A DNA stretch of 64,000 nt from Candidatus Altiarchaeia archaeon (GTDB lineage Archaea > Altiarchaeota > Altiarchaeia > IMC4 > QMZM01). The position numbers and the translations under genes are program-made. Below, in pieces: positions 47,913-56,400 of the stretch. The DNA is taken from assembly GCA_049299895.1 (NCBI GenBank), contig JBAQYF010000031.1:96644-160643 (forward strand). The letters run 5' to 3'. Position 1 is the stretch's first letter, and every line of letters begins with the position of its first letter. A model generated the notes under the pieces. That model had not been told where the DNA came from. It was given only the letters and a program-made list of their open reading frames with translations, and did no database searches.

Positions 47913-49841
47913 CTAAAACGCCGCTTTCATGATAACGTATCCGTCGGACACCAACTTATCAATGATGTACTTGATGGCTGCAGGAGTAAGCTTTGTCTCC
48001 CGGGCAAGGTCATCGAGGCTCTTTTTACCGTCCACTTTTTCCATGATCTTTATTATCTGAGGATACTTGGCGTATTTCAATTTATCCATGAACCCTATTT
48101 TTTTCTTAAGCTGCGGAACATCCATCGGAGGGAGGGGCGGAGGCTGAGCCTGCGCAACGAGCAAAGCCTCAGTCACTTCCTCTTTTTTGATCACTATCTC
48201 CCGGGCATCCGCGGCCTGCTTCTTGATTTCTTCTCTCAGCAGTGCGCATTGAGCCAAAGGCGTTTTTGACTTGAGGGGCGCGACTGTTCCAGTTATTTCA
48301 TCCGGCTTCTTTTCAGAAGAGACCGGGGCATCCGCACCATCTATCCCCACAAAACGCTTCTTTCTCTTGTCCCAGCCCCAGTATACGTCTACTTCTTTTT
48401 TGAGGTCGCTTATCTCAGAGGAAGTCTTCTCATCCCATTCTTCTCCGGATGCTTCCTTGATCTTTTCTATAATGGATTCCTGATCCAGTGACGAGGAAAC
48501 GCCCGCCTCCAGATCGTCCCGGTTAGAAACATCCTGAGGGGGCGCACTATCCAAAGGAGGGGATTCAGCCTGCTTGACCGCTTCGCTATCCGTATTCGGG
48601 ATATCCCCAGGCCTGGGCGCAGCGACTACTCCTTCCAGCTTCTTCTTTTTCAGCCTCTGAAGGGTCGCATTCGCCCTTGCAAGCCATTGATCAGAAGGAG
48701 CCGGGGGGGAATGATCCACCGGAGCCTCCTCCGCAGCAGGCTGAAGCTTCTCATCGGGCATAGAATCATTCATAGGCGCAGAGACGGCATTTTCCGATAA
48801 TCGATTATGATTTCTACCCAGTATTGCATCTCTTACCCGCTCATTGAAATCGTCCGACAAGGTCTTATCAGATGAGGCAGTCTCTGCTTTCTGCTCCTTG
48901 GTATCCGCCCCGTGAAAAACCCCCTGAAGCTCCCGGCGTAATTGCACGGTCTCGGAAGACTCCTGAACATTCGACTGCGCATCTATCTTCTTTTCCCCGT
49001 CCTTTTCTTCCTGCCCGCTCCCGGGAACAGAACCGGAGGATATCTTCTCCCAGGGATCCTCGCGCAGGATCATCTCATCAAGGCTTTTTTCATCAGAAGA
49101 ACCGGATTCATCCGTCTTTACAGGACCATTATAAGACTTCCTCTCAGGACCCGCGTTTCCGGAGGGATGCCCGGACTGCGCAGGCGACGTCCCTTTAGAA
49201 GGCGCCTGTATACCTATCTCCTTGACGGCCTGAACCCCGGAAGAAAGAACGCCCGCATTATCGGACCCCTCTCCCTGCGAGCGATTAACAGCCCCGCCAG
49301 TCACCGTTTCACTGGAACGATCCTTTAGGTCGGCGTTTAATATCATCTCCAGATAAGGCTTTTCACGCTCCTCAAACTGCTTCCACTTGGCCTCAAGCTC
49401 CTTCCACTGGCTCTCAAGGTCGACGAGGCCTTCTTTGCGTATGTCCTCATCCACATGGCCTATCTCTTCCAGTGTCTTTCCCAGGTTTCTCACCAGTTCC
49501 AGGAGGATTGATTCATTTGCGGCAACGTATGGCTTGAATTCAGAATCCGCAAGCTCGTATACGGCAAACCCGCCTGATGACTCTTTGATAAGGTCCACTA
49601 AACCCAAAAATGCTTTTTCTCCGAGTAATTGCGCCCCGTCTTCGGAGCACGCAATGGAGGCGCCTATAATAAAGCCGTTCTGCAAGACCAGATCAGACTC
49701 ATACGTTTTTTGCTCCCGGAGCATCCTGACCCGGACCACGCCCTTAAAACTCTCCGGAAGGTCTCTTAGCATAGACCCTATGTTCTTCAGGTCTCCTGCC
49801 GCAATTCTCTTCTCCAATGAAAAATCCATTTTCGGATTCAT
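47913..49841 (-). CDS. Hypothetical protein: structured N-domain + ~400-aa disordered region + C-terminal winged helix
   Basis: ATG at 49841 (a TTG-initiated ORF runs to 49865). Low-complexity S/E/P/K-rich centre. The C-terminal 'DDLARETKLTPAAIKYIIDKLVSDGYVIMK' is wHTH-like. Confidence 0.5.
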   Translation of the reverse strand: MNPKMDFSLEKRIAAGDLKNIGSMLRDLPESFKGVVRVRMLREQKTYESDLVLQNGFIIGASIACSEDGAQLLGEKAFLGLVDLIKESSGGFAVYELADSEFKPYVAANESILLELVRNLGKTLEEIGHVDEDIRKEGLVDLESQWKELEAKWKQFEEREKPYLEMILNADLKDRSSETVTGGAVNRSQGEGSDNAGVLSSGVQAVKEIGIQAPSKGTSPAQSGHPSGNAGPERKSYNGPVKTDESGSSDEKSLDEMILREDPWEKISSGSVPGSGQEEKDGEKKIDAQSNVQESSETVQLRRELQGVFHGADTKEQKAETASSDKTLSDDFNERVRDAILGRNHNRLSENAVSAPMNDSMPDEKLQPAAEEAPVDHSPPAPSDQWLARANATLQRLKKKKLEGVVAAPRPGDIPNTDSEAVKQAESPPLDSAPPQDVSNRDDLEAGVSSSLDQESIIEKIKEASGEEWDEKTSSEISDLKKEVDVYWGWDKRKKRFVGIDGADAPVSSEKKPDEITGTVAPLKSKTPLAQCALLREEIKKQAADAREIVIKKEEVTEALLVAQAQPPPLPPMDVPQLKKKIGFMDKLKYAKYPQIIKIMEKVDGKKSLDDLARETKLTPAAIKYIIDKLVSDGYVIMKAAF

Positions 49842-49851
49842 CTCTCGCTGT

Positions 49852-50571
49852 TCATTCAGGGTCAAGCAATATCACGCCCTCAAAGGGATCTATTTTGAAA
49901 GGGATCAATACCTCATCCCGACCGCAGTCGCCCCACGCCATCTTGGGTAGGGTAAGGTATTCCTGGAGTATCACTTTATCTTCAACGGCTTTAAGCGCGA
50001 CAACTGCGTCGGAGAGTTCTTCCAGACGCTCCAGAACACGCAACTCATAAGGCCACTCCGTGAAAAGGAATACCCCTGTCGCATTGTTCTTCCGGAAAAG
50101 ATTCTTCCAGGAAAGAAACTCATCCAGCGATTCACTGCCGCATTGATCTATGAGCGTGGAAACTGAGTCATAAACGACGAGGGTATGATTGTTACCTGCA
50201 CTTGCGAGCGCGCCCTCAAGCGCCTTGGTTATGGAACACACATCCTTTGGATTCTTAACCTTGAACCGGCCGGACGGCGTTGCCCTGACGAGCCCCGAAT
50301 AGGCATCCACGAATATGAGCCGGTTGCCCCGCACATACCTGGCGGCATCCCAGCCGAATGAACGCATCTCGTATTCAACCGACGAAATATTCTTGCAGCA
50401 CGTAACGTAAACGCATGAATCACCCTCTTTGAGAGCCTCCACTGCTATCCTGTAAGCAAAAGGCGAGTTCTGCACGCCGGGATACGCCCACAATGTAGTA
50501 ATAGTATTATGGCGCAAACCCCCGTCCAGGAATTCATCCAGCCTCAAGATATTAGTCTTTCGAACACCCAT
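49852..50571 (-). CDS. KaiC/RecA-superfamily domain protein with degenerate Walker A (likely ATPase-dead)
   Basis: 'LDEFLDGGL...TLWAYPGVQNSPFAYRIA' matches the KaiC-like N-terminus, but the GxxGxGKT motif is replaced. 'RSFGWDAARYV' is KaiC-like. Confidence 0.6.
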   Translation of the reverse strand: MGVRKTNILRLDEFLDGGLRHNTITTLWAYPGVQNSPFAYRIAVEALKEGDSCVYVTCCKNISSVEYEMRSFGWDAARYVRGNRLIFVDAYSGLVRATPSGRFKVKNPKDVCSITKALEGALASAGNNHTLVVYDSVSTLIDQCGSESLDEFLSWKNLFRKNNATGVFLFTEWPYELRVLERLEELSDAVVALKAVEDKVILQEYLTLPKMAWGDCGRDEVLIPFKIDPFEGVILLDPE

Positions 50572-50847
50572 AACAAACCCCGCAAACGTGCAACAAAAAA
50601 GCGGTGCTTATTAACCTTTACACGTCTGAGAATATATACGTTTTCCAAACTGAACCGCGTGGTTTCCAACCACCCAGTTCCAAGTGCAGGTCACACCTGC
50701 ATGCCCCTACGGCGCACCTCCCTGACCCCCCCAGGTACTGTCTTCGCACGGCTCGACAACACTACCGTTATTCCAGGGGATACATAAAAAAGGCTTAGAG
50801 ATAGATATTTCCGGACTTGCATCTCAACATTTCTTATCCACAAGGAG

Positions 50848-51774
50848 TTATAAAAAATGCTCGTAGCCCTTTTTCTCCAGAGAACTCTCCGATCCATCCG
50901 ATACCAAAACAACACCCTGCCCGCCTACGACGCCTATCTCGGTCGTGTCTATTTTACGTTTGACCTTATCGTAATGTCTCTTTGGGATAGTGTATACAAG
51001 TTCGTAATCCCCGCCCCCGCATAGGGCGGAGTCCAGAGCGGATAAGCCCATCTTTCCCGCAAGCTTACGCGTGGATTCGGATACGGGAATCTGGTCCGCG
51101 AATACCTTTAATCCCACGCCGCTCATAGATGCAAGATCATGCAGGCATGTTGAAAGGCTGTCGGAGGTATCCGTGAGAGCGTTCGCGTATTTCCCGATGA
51201 CCAGTCCCTCCCTTACACGCGCTATGGGGGTAGTGGCCTTTTTCACCGCATCTTCATCCCCGGCTAAACGCTTGCCTGATAGCAGGACGCCGACTCCGAG
51301 GGATGCTGCTCCCAGGGCCCCTGTGACGGCGATGATATCTCCCCTTTTTGCTCCAGACCTGTGAACAGGCCTCTTTGTCTTTCCCACGCAGAAGCCGGAC
51401 AACGTCAATGCATCAGCTTCCTTGGTGTCTCCTCCGACGTATCTTGCACCGTACGCCCTGCATTGCTTTTCCGCGGCCCGCAGCATACGATCAAGATAAT
51501 CATATTCCAGCCCCCTCGACAGGCCGCATGCCATCAGGAACGCAACAGGCTTTGCCCCCATCGCCGCTACGTCGCTTACGTTGACGCTGACTATGAAGCG
51601 CCCGACCCCTTCAGGAGTCATGCCGGGGAGTATGTGCGTCTTCTGATATAGCATGTCGGTTGTGAGCACCAGGTACTCATCGCCGTGCCTTATGCATGCT
51701 GCGTCATCCCCGACGTCCAGGAATGAACCAAGCCGCTTTATCACTTCCTTTTCCCCCAGTTCGGATAGTTTCAT
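50848..51774 (-). CDS. thiL: Thiamine-monophosphate kinase (AIR-synthase-related family)
   Basis: 'VGDDAACI', 'TTDMLYQKTH' and 'GGDTKEAD' are ThiL-type motifs. 308 aa. Confidence 0.7.
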   Translation of the reverse strand: MKLSELGEKEVIKRLGSFLDVGDDAACIRHGDEYLVLTTDMLYQKTHILPGMTPEGVGRFIVSVNVSDVAAMGAKPVAFLMACGLSRGLEYDYLDRMLRAAEKQCRAYGARYVGGDTKEADALTLSGFCVGKTKRPVHRSGAKRGDIIAVTGALGAASLGVGVLLSGKRLAGDEDAVKKATTPIARVREGLVIGKYANALTDTSDSLSTCLHDLASMSGVGLKVFADQIPVSESTRKLAGKMGLSALDSALCGGGDYELVYTIPKRHYDKVKRKIDTTEIGVVGGQGVVLVSDGSESSLEKKGYEHFL

Positions 51775-51818
51775 CGCAATTTAACCGTTTAATCCAAGAA
51801 TTATTAGTTTGATTAATA

Positions 51819-53378
51819 ATGAAATTTGATACTAAAGACATCAAGAGCAGGGCAAAAGAGGACTTCGAGAAGACCTGGCTGGACACTGCGAAACTCCTGC
51901 CCGAGAAGAGCACAAAAGATTATTCCGGAGGAATCGGAAAAATCCATCCACTGCATTCACTGATACAGGATGTTCGAAAGATGTTTATTTCAGTCGGATT
52001 TTCCGAGATAGAAAACCCAGTCTACGTCCCGGAAGAAGAGGTCTACTGGCAGTATGGCCCCGAGGCGCCGGTCATACTGGACAGGTGCTACTATCTTGCA
52101 GGCCTCCCCCGCCCGGACATAGGCCTGGGGAAAACCGAGACTGAAAAGATCCACGCGATAAACCAGGAGATAAAGATCGAAAAAGTCAAGGAACTCCTGA
52201 GGGGCTACCGCGAGGGACTGATAGAAGGCGACAACCTATTGGAAGATATGGTAAACGATCTAGGCATTTCCACGGCGGAAGCGGCAAAAATCATAGACAT
52301 ATTCCCGGCCTTCAGAGAACTAAAAGCCGTCGCCGAGAAGACGACGCTCAGATCCCATATGACCGCTGCATGGTTTCCAACGCTTAAAGCACTCGCGGAA
52401 AAAGAGGAAATGCCTCTGCGCCTGTTCTCTATAGGCCTGCGGTTCAGAAGGGAGCAGAAGATGGATGCCACTCATTTGCGCGCGCATTACGGGGCCTCCT
52501 GTGTCATCATGGATCCCGACATAAGTCTTTCTGCAGGAAAGAAAGTTTCGGAGAAGATGATAGAGCGGCTGGGATTCAAGGACATCAATTACGTCATAAA
52601 GAAAGCGACTGCCAATTACTATGCCCCGGGTATGGAGTATGAGATATTCTCAGGGAACGTGGAGGTCGCAGACTGCGGCATGTATTCTCCCGTCGCTCTC
52701 TCCAATTACGGGATAGAATACCCTGTTTTCAATATCGGATTCGGCCTGGAGCGCATACTCATGATCAAAAAGAGACAGACGGACGTACGCGAACTCATGT
52801 ACCCGCAGTTCTACAAGGTATTATCTTTCACCGACAAGGAACTCATAGAACAGATAGCAATCGAGCGCAAACCCCGGACTGAAGAAGGGAAAGAACTTGC
52901 AGTCAATATAACCGAGGTCGCCCGCAAAAACGCCAACGCCGGCTCCCCATGCAAATACGCAGCATATGAAGGAAAATTCATGGGAAAAGACATCATAGTC
53001 CATGTCATGGAAAAAGAGGACGGAACAAAGCTCCTGGGCCCTGCGGCACTGAATAACATATACGCATACCAGGGCGGAATATACGGCCTGCCCAAAGATA
53101 TGAGCGCCCTGAAAAAGGATCTCCCGGATGTCTTGGAAAAAGGAGCTATCGCATCCTTCGGTTTCCTCGACGCGCTCTCCAACCGCTTCGCATCCGACAT
53201 AGAAGACTCAATAAATAGGGGCCAGACCTCGGGGATATTCGCCTCCAAGATGGCCAAGACCCCGGGAGAGATAAACATATCAGTGTCAGATGCCGCCAGA
53301 AGATTCATAGGCGGCAAGAACCAGCCGATCGCCCTGAAAGGGCCTGTTTTTATGTCCGTCGAGTTCATGCTTAAATAA
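51819..53378 (+). CDS. sepS: O-phosphoseryl-tRNA(Cys) synthetase (SepRS)
   Basis: Close block-by-block similarity to methanogen SepRS: 'HPLHSLIQDVRKMFISVGF', 'LRSHMTAAWFPTLKAL', 'RLFSIGLRFRREQKMDATHL', 'CGMYSPVALSNYGIEYPVFNIGFGLERILM'. Confidence 0.85.
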   Translation: MKFDTKDIKSRAKEDFEKTWLDTAKLLPEKSTKDYSGGIGKIHPLHSLIQDVRKMFISVGFSEIENPVYVPEEEVYWQYGPEAPVILDRCYYLAGLPRPDIGLGKTETEKIHAINQEIKIEKVKELLRGYREGLIEGDNLLEDMVNDLGISTAEAAKIIDIFPAFRELKAVAEKTTLRSHMTAAWFPTLKALAEKEEMPLRLFSIGLRFRREQKMDATHLRAHYGASCVIMDPDISLSAGKKVSEKMIERLGFKDINYVIKKATANYYAPGMEYEIFSGNVEVADCGMYSPVALSNYGIEYPVFNIGFGLERILMIKKRQTDVRELMYPQFYKVLSFTDKELIEQIAIERKPRTEEGKELAVNITEVARKNANAGSPCKYAAYEGKFMGKDIIVHVMEKEDGTKLLGPAALNNIYAYQGGIYGLPKDMSALKKDLPDVLEKGAIASFGFLDALSNRFASDIEDSINRGQTSGIFASKMAKTPGEINISVSDAARRFIGGKNQPIALKGPVFMSVEFMLK

Positions 53379-53450
53379 GGACAATATTTAAATACTGGAG
53401 CCCTAATATTAAACAGTATTCTACATATTAGGTAATCTTATATAATAAAG

Positions 53451-56400
53451 ATGAAAACAGTCCTCCAAGTATCCCTTAACTCCCTCGACCTGCAGGAAGC
53501 GCTCAGCATAGCGGAAAAAGCCGCAAACGAGGGGATCACCTGGATAGAGGTTGGAAGCAGCCTGATAAAAGCAGCAGGCCTCGCCGCCGTAACCGAACTA
53601 CGCAAAAGATACCCCAACGCCAGGATAACTGCGGACATGAAGATAATCCATTCCCCGGAAGAAGTCTCCGCCGTCGCAGACGCAGGCGCAGACATAATGA
53701 TGTTCTTTTCCGGAACAGACGAAGGATTGGTCCGCGAATGCGTAAAAGCCGCCAAGGCCGCCGATATCGAGCTGATGGCAGACATCTACACAAGCGTTTT
53801 TCCAACCGGAGACGCAAAGAGATTCGAGGACCTCGGAGTAAACTACTTGTTCACAAGGTCCCAAGACCTGAAAAACGTAGCTTCTTCCGTACGGATACCC
53901 GTAGCCGTGCCTATTGGAAGAGACCCTGAAGCCGCCAAAAAGGCCGTCGAAAACGGAGCAAAAATACTCAACATAAGCGACTTTCCGAAAAGGGAGAGAA
54001 TAAACAACTTTTTGGATAGAGTCCCCGGGCTACATGAGGGGGAAGATACAAAGCCGGAACCCACATACCCAAAAACCGCACCCGCAAATAAACAGATCCC
54101 TTATACAACAGCCCCAACGCCCGCTAAAGCCGCATCATCCGAATCACTTGGTTCTGCCCCGGTCCTGTCCGAATTCGAAAGACTCAACCAGCTATTCCTG
54201 AACCTCGAAGAAAAACGCAAGATAGAGGAAAACAAGAGGATACTCCTGGAAAGGAATATCGAGAACAAAGAAAAAGAGCACCGAGAGATACTGGAAAACG
54301 AAAGGAAACGAGTGGATGAGGAGATAGCAAAGATAGAATCGGAAAAAGAGGACATACGCAGATACCGGGAAAAACTGGAAAAAGATTCCGCTGAAACAGA
54401 ACAGCAAAGAAAACGCATAGTAGAAGAATGGGGAAGGATAAAGCAGGCCGAGATATCGTTCGAAGACACCCAGAAGCGCAAGCTGGAAGAATACAACGCC
54501 AAAAAAGAAGAGATCTGGAAGAAATGGGAAGAAGACCAGAAAAAGAGATGGATGAACGCATCCGCGGAAATAGATGAAGAAAAGAAGAAGACAGAAGCCC
54601 GATGGGCTGACCTGGAGGACCTCGGGAAGAGAATAGACGCAGAAAAAAAGAAACTAGAAGAACAAAATGCGTCAATCAGCCAGGACAAGTCCGAAACAGA
54701 AAAGAGATTCCAGGAAGTGGCGAATCTGCGCAAACTACATGAAAGCAACCTTGCACTGCTGGAGGAGGACAGAAGGCAGATAGAGGAGCAGAAAAAATAC
54801 ATCGAAGAACAGAAAAAATACGTAGACGAACAGAAAGCCTCTTTCGACAGCAAATGGAACGAATACAAGGCGGGGCTGGAAGCAAACCTTGAAGAACAGA
54901 AAAAAACGCTGGAAGCTCAAAAACTCATCCTGTCAGAGGAAAAACTGCAGGTAAAATCAGAAAAACAGGACATAGAAAAACTAAAGCTGGACGTTTCCGA
55001 AGAGCTGGAAAAAGCAAGAAAGAAAAGAGAGGAAGCAGAAGAACTGCAAAGACAGGCTGCCGAAGAACGAAACAGGATAGAAGAAAGGATAACGGAAGAG
55101 CAAAAGAAGCTGGAAGAAAAACTGTCCGCAGAGCAGAAAAAAATAGAAGACCGCCAAATAGAGATAGAAGCAAGAGAAGAAGAAGCCTACAAGGCCGCGG
55201 AGATAATCGAAAAAGCCAAGAGCATAACCCAGGAAATGCTCATGGTAGAAGAAGAGGCAAGGAAGGCGGAACAGAAATGGAAGGAAGTGTCCCAGGCGGA
55301 AAAAAGGATCCGGGAAACGGAAAGAAAGATAGACGAGCAACAGAGAAACAGAAAACAAGAACTACAGGAACTGGAGAAGGAACGCTGGATGCTCCATGAC
55401 GAACTCAAAAAGATAGAGAACAACTGGACCACGCTCGCCGAGATAGAGAAAAAACAGGAAGAAGAAAAGAGGATACTCGACCAAGAGCGCGCGGAAAACG
55501 CGGAACACAGAAAGTGCATAGAGGAAGAATTCAAAAAGATCGAAGGGCAGGAAAAAGAGCGTAAGGACTCCGAAGGCGTATTCGAGCAAGCGCAGCAGGG
55601 GAAGCTGAAGGAATACCAAAAGAAAAACGAAGAAGCCTGGAACGCCTGGGAAGGAGACCAAAAGAAGATATGGAGAGAAGAATTCGAAAAGATCGAAAAC
55701 GAACGCAAAAAGCTCGAATTAGAAAAAGCCGAACTCAAAACAAAGGTTGCACAGATACAACTTGAATCCTGGAAAACCGCGGAAGAGTCGCAAAAGATAG
55801 AGAAAAAACTTTCCCTGGCAGAAGAAAAAGAGAAGATAACAGAAGACAACCTAAGGAGAATCACTGAAAAAGAGTACAGCCAAAGGGAGCTGATAGAAGA
55901 GATAGAAAAAGAGCGCTGGAGAATACACGACGAACTGCAGAAGGTCGAGAAAAGCTGGGCTTCCATCAAGGAGATAGAGAAAAAATACGAAAAAGACAAG
56001 GAGTCCATCGTAAAAGACCGCCTGTTCATCGAAGAACAGAAAAAGAAACTCGAGGCAGACGAACGGAACCTGGAAGAGGAATACGCCAAACTCAAATCGG
56101 AGTTGGAATCGTTCGAGAACCAAAAGAGAAACCACCTCGAAAGCCTGCGGGAGAGAGAAGAAGAACTGTCCGGGATACACGGAAAGACTGATGAAGGGGC
56201 CTTGCGGCGCAGGGAAGAGATTGAGTGCATAGAGAAGGAGCGCTGGAAAATAGACGCAGAAACGCGCAGCATAGAAGCCAAATGGGCGCAGGTAAAGGAA
56301 TCAGAGAAAAAGCTTGAAACAGACAGGAACAGCATAGCGCAGGAAAGAGAATACCTCGACGAGATAAAGAAGAAGATAGAGGATGAAGCAATCAAACTCG

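Noticed and set aside
50572-50847. Possible tRNA gene in the thiL-KaiC-like spacer
   Set aside because: It has no GTTCGAATC-type T-loop, no acceptor/anticodon arm arrangement and no CCA context. The hairpins present do not assemble into a cloverleaf.
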